From Hominifimenecus sp. rT4P-3 (lineage in GTDB: Bacteria; Bacillota; Clostridia; Lachnospirales; Lachnospiraceae): DNA of 32,000 nt. This document shows, one piece after another, positions 24,048 through 32,000 of the stretch. A program made the position numbers and the translations under genes. Under the pieces are notes generated by a model. It saw only the letters and a list, made by a program, of their open reading frames with translations, was not told the DNA's origin and made no database searches. Location of the stretch: assembly GCF_051055405.1 (NCBI RefSeq), contig NZ_CP167068.1, positions 466,791 to 498,790 of the forward strand. The letters are read 5' to 3'. Each line of letters opens with the position of its first letter. Position 1 is the first letter of the stretch.

Positions 24048-25259
24048 ATGAAATATGTAGTGATTTTAGGCGATGGAATGGCAGACGAGCCTTTGGGTGA
24101 GTTAAATGGTCAGACGCCTCTGGAAGCGGCAAAGACGCCATTTTTGGACGCGCTGTCCAAACAATCGGAGATTGGCCTGTCCCATACGATTCCGGAAGGG
24201 ATGAAGCCGGGAAGCGATACGGCGAATCTGGCTGTTCTAGGGTATAATCCAAAAGAGTATTACACGGGGCGTTCTCCTTTGGAGGCGCTTAGTATCGGCG
24301 TTCCGATGAAGGATACGGATATTGCCCTTCGAACCAATATTGTTACTTTATCCGACGACGATGTGCCTTTTGAGGAAAAAACGATTCTCGACCACAGCTC
24401 GGGGGAGATTTCTACCGAAGACGCCGCTGTTCTTTTGGAAGCGGTAAAGAAAGAGCTGCAAAACGAGATCTATCAGTTTTATGTAGGTACCAGCTACCGT
24501 CATCTGCTGATCTGGGATCAGGGGCAGGTCGTGGATCTGGCGCAGCCTCACGATCATCTGGGGCAGAAGATTGGCCCCTTCCTTCCGGAAGATCCGGTAC
24601 TGAGACAGATGATGGTGCGCAGCTATGAGATTCTGAAAGACCATCCGCTGAATCAGGCGAGAAAGGCGGCGGGGAAAAATCCGGCCAACTGTTTCTGGTT
24701 CTGGGGAGCGGGGACAAAGCCGATTCTCTCTTCCTTTGAGGAAAAGACGGGCCTAAAAGGCGCGATGATTTCCGCGGTGGATTTGCTGAAGGGAATTGCA
24801 GTTGGCGCCGGGATGACGAATATTATTGTGGAAGGCGCGGACGGCACCCTGCATACCAATTATGAGGGCAAGGCAAAAGCCGCTGTGGATGCGTTAACTA
24901 AGGATGGATATGATTTTGTTTACGTGCATGTGGAAGCTCCCGACGAGATGGGACATCAGGGAAGCATAGAGCGGAAAATCAAAGCCATCGAATATCTGGA
25001 CCAGCGAGTGATTCGCCCGGTAAAGGAAGGGCTGGACGCTGCCGGGCTGGATTATCGAATGTTGGTGATGCCGGATCATCCGACGCCGATCTGCGTTCGG
25101 ACGCATACGTCCGATCCGGTTCCTTATCTGATTTATGACAGCGCGAAACCGGAAGAGCATTCCTGGAACTATAACGAGAAAGAAGCAAAGGCCAGCGGCA
25201 ATTACATTGCTGAGGGGTATCGTACCATGGATCATTTGCTGGGAGGAAAAACATGCTGA
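24048..25259 (+). CDS. Cofactor-independent phosphoglycerate mutase homologue, archaeal ApgM type (the 'proposed homoserine kinase' clade)
   Basis: Alkaline-phosphatase-superfamily metalloenzyme motifs are present: VVILGDGMAD, PGSDTANL, HVEAPDEMGHQG and MPDHPTP. The protein is 403 aa and sits between hom and ask, overlapping the ask start. Confidence 0.8.
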   Translation: MKYVVILGDGMADEPLGELNGQTPLEAAKTPFLDALSKQSEIGLSHTIPEGMKPGSDTANLAVLGYNPKEYYTGRSPLEALSIGVPMKDTDIALRTNIVTLSDDDVPFEEKTILDHSSGEISTEDAAVLLEAVKKELQNEIYQFYVGTSYRHLLIWDQGQVVDLAQPHDHLGQKIGPFLPEDPVLRQMMVRSYEILKDHPLNQARKAAGKNPANCFWFWGAGTKPILSSFEEKTGLKGAMISAVDLLKGIAVGAGMTNIIVEGADGTLHTNYEGKAKAAVDALTKDGYDFVYVHVEAPDEMGHQGSIERKIKAIEYLDQRVIRPVKEGLDAAGLDYRMLVMPDHPTPICVRTHTSDPVPYLIYDSAKPEEHSWNYNEKEAKASGNYIAEGYRTMDHLLGGKTC

Positions 25260-26461
25260 TTGTAAAGAAATTCGGCGGCAGTTCCGTTGCCGATAAAGAG
25301 AGAATTTTTAATGTGGCCAACCGCTGTATTGAAGAGTACAAGGCTGGCAATCAAGTGGTCGTTGTGTTGTCCGCCATGGGAAAAACTACGGATGGGCTGC
25401 TGGCAAAGGCGGCGGATATCAACCCTAACGCCAGCAAGCGGGAGCTGGATATGCTTCTCACCACCGGCGAGCAGATCTCCGTTTCTTTGATGGCCATGGC
25501 GATGGGAGCGCTGGGAGTACCGGCAGTTTCTTTGAATGCCTTTCAGGTAAAAATGCACACGACTTCTGTTTATGGAAATTCCCGTCTGCTTCGAATCGAT
25601 ACTGAGCGTATTCGGGAAGAATTAGAAAACAATAAGATTGTGATCGTGACTGGTTTCCAGGGCATCAGTAAGAAAGAGGATTATACGACCTTGGGACGCG
25701 GCGGTTCGGATACGACGGCGGTTGCTCTGGCGGCAGCTCTGCACGCAGACGCCTGCGAGATCTATACGGATGTGGATGGGGTTTATACTTCGGACCCTAG
25801 ACAGGTACCGACTGCTCGGAAGTTAAAAGAGATTACGTATGATGAGATGCTGGAATTCGCTTCTCTGGGCGCCAAGGTATTACATAACCGCTCGGTGGAG
25901 ATGGCGAAACGTTACGGAGTGCCTCTGATTGTGCGCTCTAGCCTGAACCGGAATGAAGGAACGATTGTAAAGGAGAATGCAGACATGGAAGGAATGTTAG
26001 TGAGCGGTGTAGCCGCAGATAAAAATACAGCTAGAATCTCCATTATCGGAGTGCGCAATGAACCTGGGATTGCATTTAAAGTCTTTAAATGCCTGGCGAT
26101 GAAGAATATCAGCGTGGATATTATTTTGCAGTCCATTGGCCGGGAGGGAACCAAGGATATCTCCTTTACGGTGGCCAGAACGGATATGCGGGACGCGGTA
26201 CAGGCGCTGGAAGAAAAGAAGGATGCCTGGGGCGCGACGGAGGTCACCTATGATGATCATGTGGCCAAAGTTTCCATCGTTGGCGCGGGCATGGAGAGCA
26301 ACGCCGGCGTAGCTGCTAAGATGTTTGAGGCTCTTTACAATGCCAATGTGAATATCCGTATGATCGGAACAGCGGAAATCCGCATTACGGTTCTGATTGA
26401 TGAAGATGATGTGACTCGCGCGATGCGCGCGGTTCACACGGCCTTTGGCTTGGATGCGTAA
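25253..26461 (+). CDS. lysC: Aspartate kinase with two C-terminal ACT domains
   Basis: The N-terminus is VKKFGGSSV, followed by the amino-acid kinase fold (GRGGSDTTAVALAA) and tandem ACT domains. The protein is 402 aa. Confidence 0.92.
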   Translation: MLIVKKFGGSSVADKERIFNVANRCIEEYKAGNQVVVVLSAMGKTTDGLLAKAADINPNASKRELDMLLTTGEQISVSLMAMAMGALGVPAVSLNAFQVKMHTTSVYGNSRLLRIDTERIREELENNKIVIVTGFQGISKKEDYTTLGRGGSDTTAVALAAALHADACEIYTDVDGVYTSDPRQVPTARKLKEITYDEMLEFASLGAKVLHNRSVEMAKRYGVPLIVRSSLNRNEGTIVKENADMEGMLVSGVAADKNTARISIIGVRNEPGIAFKVFKCLAMKNISVDIILQSIGREGTKDISFTVARTDMRDAVQALEEKKDAWGATEVTYDDHVAKVSIVGAGMESNAGVAAKMFEALYNANVNIRMIGTAEIRITVLIDEDDVTRAMRAVHTAFGLDA

Positions 26462-26464
26462 TCC

Positions 26465-26887
26465 ATGAAGCAAACGGCCAAGGCAGTAGAACAAACCTTA
26501 TACCGTCTGGGAATGGCGGCCGCTCTTTTTGCGGCCGCCGTTGTTATCCTGGCAAAAATTTTTCCGCCATTTGCAGCATTTCTGGGCTGGCCCTGCCCGT
26601 TTCGTGCCTTGACGGGCTTATATTGTCCCGGCTGTGGAGGGACAAGGGCGTTTTCGGCTCTTCTTGCTGGGCGTGTCTTAGAAAGTCTGAAATGGCATCC
26701 TTTTGTGGTATACGGCCTGGGACTTTATGTGATTTTTATGGGGAGCTGGACCTTGAATTATTTGACAAGAGGGCGTTTTCCTGGGCTAAAATACCGCGCT
26801 TGGTATACTTGGGGCGGCGTGGCTTTGGTGATCGGGAACTGGGCGGTAAAAAACATACTTCTGCTGTGCGGGCGCGGTTTTTTGTAA
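26465..26887 (+). CDS. DUF2752 family membrane protein
   Basis: The signature CPFRALTGLYCPGCGGTRA is followed by hydrophobic helices. The protein is 140 aa. Confidence 0.75.
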   Translation: MKQTAKAVEQTLYRLGMAAALFAAAVVILAKIFPPFAAFLGWPCPFRALTGLYCPGCGGTRAFSALLAGRVLESLKWHPFVVYGLGLYVIFMGSWTLNYLTRGRFPGLKYRAWYTWGGVALVIGNWAVKNILLLCGRGFL

Positions 26888-26917
26888 GGAGAAATGGATA
26901 GAAAAGGAGCAAAAAAG

Positions 26918-29059
26918 ATGGACATTATAAAATCGTTGGCAAAAGAATTAAATATCCGGGAATCTCAGGCGGAGGCGGCGGTAAAATTGATTGACGAGGG
27001 GAATACAATCCCGTTTATTGCCCGCTACCGGAAGGAAGCGACGGGTTCTTTGAACGACGAAATTTTGCGCCAGTTGGACGAGCGTCTGCGCTATCTGCGA
27101 AATTTAGAAGAAAAGAAGGAGCAGGTCCTGGCTACGATTGAGGAGCAGGGCGCTTTGACGGAAGAGTTGAAGGCGCAAATTTTAGCGGCTGCGACTTTGG
27201 TTGCGGTAGAAGATCTTTATCGTCCTTATCGCCCGAAACGCCGTACCCGCGCGACTATCGCCAAGGAAAGGGGATTGGAGCCTCTGGCGGAAATTTTGTG
27301 GGCCCAGGAGACGGAGCGTTCGATGGAGCAAGAGGCCCTGCCCTATGTGAATCCGGAAAAGGAAGTGGCGGACGTGCAGGAAGCATTGGCGGGAGCCTGC
27401 GATATTTTGGCGGAGCGGATTTCAGATTCGGCGGAGTACCGGACCTATATCCGGGCGGTCACGGTTCGCAGCGGGATTTTGCGGTCTGAGGCAAAAGACC
27501 CGGAAACCTCGACGGTATATGATCAATATTATCAGTACGAAGAGCCGGTTCCGAAATTGGCCGGCCACCGGATTTTGGCTTTGAACCGGGGCGAGAAGGA
27601 AGGCGTGCTGAATGTGAAGATTGAAGCTCCCACCGAGCAGATTCAGCGGTATCTGGAAAAGCAGGTGATTGTTCGGGAGAATCCGAATACGGCGCCGCTT
27701 CTCCGGGAGACCATTGCGGACAGTTATACCCGCTTGATCGAGCCGGCGATTTACCGGGAAATCCGAAACCAGATGACGGAGATTGCGGAGAGAGGGGCCA
27801 TTCGGGTCTTTGGAAAGAACTTAGAGCAATTGCTGCTTCAGCCTCCGATTGTTGGACACGTGGTGTTGGGCTGGGATCCTGCCTTTCGGACTGGCTGCAA
27901 GCTGGCGGTTGTGGATGCTACGGGAAAGGTGTTGGACACGGTAGTCATCTATCCGACCGCCCCTCAGAATAAAGTGGAAGAGTCCAAGAAGACGGTGAAG
28001 AAGCTGATCGAAAAATATGGAATCAGTCTAATTTCCGTTGGAAACGGCACTGCTTCGCGGGAATCGGAGCAGATCATCGTGGAGATGTTAAAAGAGATTC
28101 CGGCCAAGGTATCCTATGTGATTGTGAATGAGGCGGGAGCTTCCGTGTACTCGGCCAGTAAACTTGCCACCGAAGAATTCCCGGAGTTTGATGTGGGGCA
28201 GAGGAGCGCGGCTTCCATTGCGAGACGGCTTCAGGATCCATTGGCGGAATTGGTGAAAATCGACCCGAAGAGCATTGGCGTTGGCCAATACCAGCACGAC
28301 ATGAACCAGAAACAACTGGGAGAGGCGCTTCAAGGCGTGGTGGAAAATTGTGTGAACCGGGTAGGGGTTGATCTGAATACAGCTTCGGCGTCTCTTTTAG
28401 AGTATGTCTCCGGAATCACAAAAACAGTGGCGAAAAATGTGGTATCGTACCGGGAAGAAAATGGGGCCTTTACCGACCGGAAGCAGTTATTAAAGGTAGC
28501 GAAGTTAGGGCCTAAGGCATACGAACAGTGCGCCGGCTTTCTGCGGGTTCGCGGCGGCAAAAATCCGCTAGATATGACGGCGGTACATCCGGAGAGTTAT
28601 CCGGCGGCGGAAGCTTTGCTGAAAAAGTTCGGATATGGACCGGAGGATGTGATGAAGGGCGGCGTGGCCGGTATTGGGAAAAAGGTCGCGGATCCGGCAA
28701 GCGTAGCGGCGGAACTTGGAATCGGAGAACCAACCTTAAAAGATATTTTAAAAGAACTGGAAAAACCGGGACGGGACCCCAGAGACGAGATGCCAAAGCC
28801 GGTGCTGCGGACGGACGTCATGGAGATGGAGGACTTAAAACCCGGCATGATTTTGAAGGGGACGGTCCGGAATATCGTGGATTTCGGAGCCTTTGTGGAT
28901 ATCGGCGTTCATCAGGACGGTTTGGTTCATATCTCCCAGATTTGCGATCGGTATATTAAACATCCGTTGGAGGCGGTTAGCGTCGGCGATGTGGTGGAAG
29001 TGAAAGTGTTGGGCGTGGATTTGACGAAAAAGAGAATTTCTTTGACGATGAAGTGCTGA
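26918..29059 (+). CDS. tex: Transcription accessory protein Tex (S1 RNA-binding domain protein)
   Basis: The N-terminal motif VKLIDEGNTIPFIARYRKEATG is followed by YqgF/RuvC-like and HhH regions and a C-terminal S1 domain (GMILKGTVRNIVDFGAFVDIGVHQDGLVHISQ). ATG at 26918 lies 8 nt after AAGGAG. ATG 26894 has an RBS that is too close. Confidence 0.92.
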   Translation: MDIIKSLAKELNIRESQAEAAVKLIDEGNTIPFIARYRKEATGSLNDEILRQLDERLRYLRNLEEKKEQVLATIEEQGALTEELKAQILAAATLVAVEDLYRPYRPKRRTRATIAKERGLEPLAEILWAQETERSMEQEALPYVNPEKEVADVQEALAGACDILAERISDSAEYRTYIRAVTVRSGILRSEAKDPETSTVYDQYYQYEEPVPKLAGHRILALNRGEKEGVLNVKIEAPTEQIQRYLEKQVIVRENPNTAPLLRETIADSYTRLIEPAIYREIRNQMTEIAERGAIRVFGKNLEQLLLQPPIVGHVVLGWDPAFRTGCKLAVVDATGKVLDTVVIYPTAPQNKVEESKKTVKKLIEKYGISLISVGNGTASRESEQIIVEMLKEIPAKVSYVIVNEAGASVYSASKLATEEFPEFDVGQRSAASIARRLQDPLAELVKIDPKSIGVGQYQHDMNQKQLGEALQGVVENCVNRVGVDLNTASASLLEYVSGITKTVAKNVVSYREENGAFTDRKQLLKVAKLGPKAYEQCAGFLRVRGGKNPLDMTAVHPESYPAAEALLKKFGYGPEDVMKGGVAGIGKKVADPASVAAELGIGEPTLKDILKELEKPGRDPRDEMPKPVLRTDVMEMEDLKPGMILKGTVRNIVDFGAFVDIGVHQDGLVHISQICDRYIKHPLEAVSVGDVVEVKVLGVDLTKKRISLTMKC

Positions 29060-29218
29060 AGTAATAGGAAGAGTGAATGAATAGATTGAAAAATGTGCGT
29101 AAATAGGAATAAAGTACAAAAAATATGGCAAAATTTGTCTATGAAAGATATTGAAAGGGAGAGCGGAAAGAAATAAAATAAAACAATATTATAGATGAAA
29201 AAGAAAGGAAAGGAACCT

Positions 29219-29968
29219 ATGCCCAGAAAAATTCGATATATTCATCCGGTATTTGCTCCGGAAGAGGTTGAGCCTATGCGGAGGTATTTGGATGAGTATC
29301 GCCAGCCGGACACGGAGCTTAGCATCGTTGGTCTCAGCAGTAATGCAAAGGTAAAGCGTTTGGACTATGGTTATTATCAGGCTTTCGTCGGAATGGAAAT
29401 TTTATCCGCGGTAAAAAAAGCGGAGCAGGATGGGTGTGATGCGGCTATCATCGGATGCTTTGACGATCCTTTTTTGCGGGAGGCAAAGGAGATCAGCGGT
29501 TCTATGGCAGTGGTCGGCCTGGCGGAGTCTGCGCTTCATTTGGCGTCGGTATTAGGGGACTCCTTTGGCATCGTCTGTGTGGAAGAAAAGGATCGTGCGC
29601 AATTCCGCAATTTAGTCCGGCAATATGGATGCGATCACCGCTTTTTATCGATCCAGCCTCTCGGTTTGAGCGTACCGGAACTGCAGAAAGACGGGAACGC
29701 GACGGCGCGGCGGATGGAAGAGTGCATTCGGACATTGGTGGAAGATCAAAGTGCGGAGGTTGTCGTATTGGGATGCAGTATGATGTTTGGATTTTATAAA
29801 GAGATGCAGGAACGTTATTCGGTTCCGATCATAGATTCCGCGCTTTCCGCTTTGAAGTTTGCAGAGTACTTGACAGATGTAGCACAAGGACCCGGATGGA
29901 AGATCAGCCGCCGGTGTGCGTTCCAGGCTCCGCCGAAGGAAGAAATGAGAGCTTGGGGATTGGAATAG
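29219..29968 (+). CDS. Asp/Glu/hydantoin racemase family protein (hydantoin racemase-like)
   Basis: Two catalytic-type cysteine motifs are present: AAIIGCFDDP and VVVLGCSMMFG. The protein is about 249 aa. ATG at 29219 follows AAAGGAAAGGAA. Confidence 0.75.
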   Translation: MPRKIRYIHPVFAPEEVEPMRRYLDEYRQPDTELSIVGLSSNAKVKRLDYGYYQAFVGMEILSAVKKAEQDGCDAAIIGCFDDPFLREAKEISGSMAVVGLAESALHLASVLGDSFGIVCVEEKDRAQFRNLVRQYGCDHRFLSIQPLGLSVPELQKDGNATARRMEECIRTLVEDQSAEVVVLGCSMMFGFYKEMQERYSVPIIDSALSALKFAEYLTDVAQGPGWKISRRCAFQAPPKEEMRAWGLE

Positions 29969-30010
29969 GCTACACATTTTTTGTTAATGGAAGTTGAAAA
30001 AGTAAATTGA

Positions 30011-30064
30011 AAAATGAGGGATTTTCTAGGTGGCGCATGGCTTGCTTGGAAAATCCCTCATTTT
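30011..30064. terminator. Bidirectional terminator between the racemase and the NMO/FabK-like gene
   Basis: A 16-bp stem, AAAATGAGGGATTTTC (30011-30026) with GAAAATCCCTCATTTT (30049-30064), flanked by A/T runs. Confidence 0.7.
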
Positions 30065-30066
30065 AT

Positions 30067-31026
30067 TTATTGGCTTACAAACTGGGGCGCTTTTTTCAGT
30101 AATTTTTTTGCCTCTTCCGTTACTTCCTGGATGATTTCCGCAGCCGACTGGATTTTCTTTAGGGGCTCCAGGCTTTCTCCTACTTGAACGATTCCGTTCA
30201 TCCCGTCTTCCCCAGTTCCGAGATCCGCTACCCGTTTGCTGCATCCAGCAACGAAGTCGCCAAGCTGGTCGGTAGGAACTCCGCTGGTTTCCATGGACAA
30301 ATATTTTTCTGCAAAGGGATTTTTCAGGCCGCGCAATCCCTTTCCACGGGACCAGCCGATCGTGACAGAGTCTGTATCCGACGCAGCCAGGATCGCCTTT
30401 GCATTGGACGGATGGCTTTCACACTCTTTGGCCAAAAGAAAACGAGAGCCCATCTGTATTCCATCTGCGCCCATGATCAAGGCGGCAGCCAGGCCTCGGC
30501 CGTCTACGATGCCGCCGGCGGCTGCTATGGGTAAGGAAACCTCGGGTAAGACGTTGCTCATAAGAGCCATTGTCGTTAAATTCCCGATACGGCCGCCAGA
30601 TTCCATGCCTTCGATGATAAGCATATCCGCTCCACAGGCCTCCATGCGTTTCGCTAATTTAGTATTGGGAACAATACAGACGGTCTTAATCCCTGCTTCC
30701 TTAAAACGGGGAAGGAAAGGACGGGGATCGCCGGCTCCCAAAGTTACAAAATCAATTCCTTCTTCTAAGATTACTTCTACCAGCTTATCTCGAAGAGGCG
30801 TGGTTTGTAAGGAAAGATTGATGCCAAAGGGTTTATTGGTCAAGGATTTGGTTTTTCGGATTTCTTGTCGGACCCAATTTTCGTCACGGCCGCCTGCGCC
30901 CAGGACTCCAGCGCCCCCTGCATTGGATACCGCAGCGGTCAGATTGGCTGTTGTAATCCAGGCCATAGCGCCCATCAAAATCGGGTACTGAATACCCAAA
31001 AGCTCTGTCATTTTTGTCTTTATCAT
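30067..31026 (-). CDS. FMN-dependent nitronate monooxygenase / enoyl-ACP reductase II (FabK)-family oxidoreductase
   Basis: The N-terminus ELLGIQYPILMGAMAWITTANLTAAVSNAGGAGVLGAG and the TIM-barrel motifs (IIEGMESGGRIG, AAGGIVDGRG) fit this family. ATG at 31026 lies 7 nt after AAGGAGG. It is not inside a fab cluster. Confidence 0.8.
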   Translation of the reverse strand: MIKTKMTELLGIQYPILMGAMAWITTANLTAAVSNAGGAGVLGAGGRDENWVRQEIRKTKSLTNKPFGINLSLQTTPLRDKLVEVILEEGIDFVTLGAGDPRPFLPRFKEAGIKTVCIVPNTKLAKRMEACGADMLIIEGMESGGRIGNLTTMALMSNVLPEVSLPIAAAGGIVDGRGLAAALIMGADGIQMGSRFLLAKECESHPSNAKAILAASDTDSVTIGWSRGKGLRGLKNPFAEKYLSMETSGVPTDQLGDFVAGCSKRVADLGTGEDGMNGIVQVGESLEPLKKIQSAAEIIQEVTEEAKKLLKKAPQFVSQ

Positions 31027-31056
31027 AGGAAACCCTCCTTTTTGTCTGAGCATAAC

Positions 31057-31113
31057 ATAGCTATTTTCTTTTGTCTAATCGATAATAATTGAGTTTCGAT
31101 AGAAAATAACTAT
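31057..31113. promoter_or_regulatory. Nested palindrome in the NMO/LysR divergent region (candidate LysR operator)
   Basis: ATAGCTATTTTCT (31057-31069) pairs with AGAAAATAACTAT (31101-31113), 12 of 13 complementary. An inner ATCGA/TCGAT pair is also present. Confidence 0.4.
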
Positions 31114-31121
31114 GATATCTC

Positions 31122-31150
31122 TTGCACGCGAGCGAATGTTTCGATATACT
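31122..31150 (+). promoter_or_regulatory. Candidate sigma-A promoter of the LysR gene
   Basis: TTGCAC (31122-31127), a 17-bp spacer, then TATACT (31145-31150). Confidence 0.5.
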
Positions 31151-31168
31151 GGAAGTGGAGGTGAGGGT

Positions 31169-32000
31169 ATGACTTTACAGCAGCTAAGATATTTTTGTGC
31201 AATTGCACGCCATTCCAGCTATCGGGAGGCCTCGGAGGAACTTTTTGTTTCACAGCCGACGATAAGCGCGGCGATTTTGGCTCTGGAAAAGGAATTGGGC
31301 TTTTTGCTGTTTGACCGTAAGGGACGCCAGACGGTTCTGACGAAGTATGGGGAGCAATATTATCAGGAGCTCGCGCCCCTTTTAGAACAGCTGAACCGCG
31401 CAACCGACCGGGTTCGTCAGATGGCGAGCGCGGCAAAAGGGCATCTGGATTTGGCCTATAATCCGCCGCTTTCCAAAGGTTTTATTCCGAATATCGTGCG
31501 TCTCTTTTTGGACCGAGAAGAAAATCAGAATGTGACTGTACATTTTCACCAGAATTCCTCCAAAGAAATTGTGGAAGGGATTCAGACGGGGACGTTTGAC
31601 TTGGGATTTTGCAGTTTTGTGCCAGGCGCGCCCCATGTAAATTTTCAGCCGGTCCTCCGGCAGGAAATGGTAGCGGTAGTGCCTCTGGATCACCCCTTGG
31701 CAGAATCCGGGGCGGTAAGCCTGAAAGAATTAAGCAGTTTTCCCTTTGTGGCCTATGCCTCCCATTCCGGACTTCGGCGTGTTGTGGACGGTTTTTTTCA
31801 GGAGGCGGGCGTGTCTTTGGAAATTTTTGCGGAAGCGGAAGATGAAGACGCGATTGCAGCCCTTACGGCGTCGGGATTCGGCGTTGGAGTCGTAGCGAAG
31901 ATGCAGGCGCTTCAATATTTCCCCGTCCGTCAGATTCCGATTAAGGAGAAAGAATGCCAGAGAATGCTTTATCTGGCTTCCTCCACTCATCGTTACCTGA
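31169..32000 (+). CDS. LysR-family transcriptional regulator (3' end outside the window)
   Basis: This ORF is not in the supplied track because it has no stop within the window. My translation from ATG 31169 reads MTLQQLRYFCAIARHSSYREASEELFVSQPTISAAILALEKELGFLLFDRKGR..., a typical LysR wHTH followed by a substrate-binding domain. The frame stays open to base 32000. The RBS is GGAGGTGAGGG. Confidence 0.88.
   Translation, partial: MTLQQLRYFCAIARHSSYREASEELFVSQPTISAAILALEKELGFLLFDRKGRQTVLTKYGEQYYQELAPLLEQLNRATDRVRQMASAAKGHLDLAYNPPLSKGFIPNIVRLFLDREENQNVTVHFHQNSSKEIVEGIQTGTFDLGFCSFVPGAPHVNFQPVLRQEMVAVVPLDHPLAESGAVSLKELSSFPFVAYASHSGLRRVVDGFFQEAGVSLEIFAEAEDEDAIAALTASGFGVGVVAKMQALQYFPVRQIPIKEKECQRMLYLASSTHRYL

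Noticed and set aside
26623-26901. 92-aa ORF overlapping the DUF2752 gene in another frame
   Set aside because: The DUF2752 frame carries the family signature CPxCGxTR and hydrophobic helices. The overlapping frame is Arg/Gly-rich noise.
30236-30991. 251-aa ORF antisense to the NMO/FabK-like gene (also 30184-30534)
   Set aside because: The same reasoning applies. The product is Pro/Ser/Ala-rich with no domain signature, and the sense gene is well supported with a strong RBS.

Overview
This looks like a core-chromosome segment of a spore-forming Firmicute (Clostridia-like, mid-range GC by eye). The order divIC-spoIIE-tilS-hpt-ftsH matches the origin-proximal Bacillus/Clostridium arrangement. 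I can support 27 protein-coding genes. On the + strand: divIC (partial), a short spoIIE, tilS, hpt, ftsH, a GH13 amylase-family enzyme, greA and an AbrB/PIN toxin-antitoxin pair. On the - strand: an SDR-ktrB-ktrA operon. Then trxB, two tandem SH3b-NlpC/P60 cell-wall endopeptidase paralogues, a TbADH-like NADP alcohol dehydrogenase (-), hpf (-), secA, prfB (with its programmed +1 frameshift) and a hom/apgM-like/ask operon. The window ends with a DUF2752 protein, tex, a hydantoin-racemase-like gene, an NMO/FabK-like flavoenzyme (-) and a divergent LysR regulator that runs off the end. I see no rRNA, tRNA, CRISPR array, transposase, integrase or recognisable defence island. I did not find a convincing novel multi-gene system, and most of the window is ordinary housekeeping DNA. 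The best leads are non-coding or architectural: (1) a 246-bp nested palindrome with perfect 43-nt termini between hpf and adh; (2) three perfect DnaA boxes, a Spo0A box and phased A-tracts in the hpf/secA intergenic region; (3) a Spo0A-type spoIIE promoter driving a SpoIIE that lacks the polytopic membrane domain; (4) WalR-type direct repeats at the same position downstream of both NlpC/P60 promoters; (5) an apparently leaderless tilS; (6) an apgM homologue embedded in the hom-ask operon, a candidate non-orthologous homoserine kinase. All functional calls rest on motif and family recognition by eye. No database search was run.
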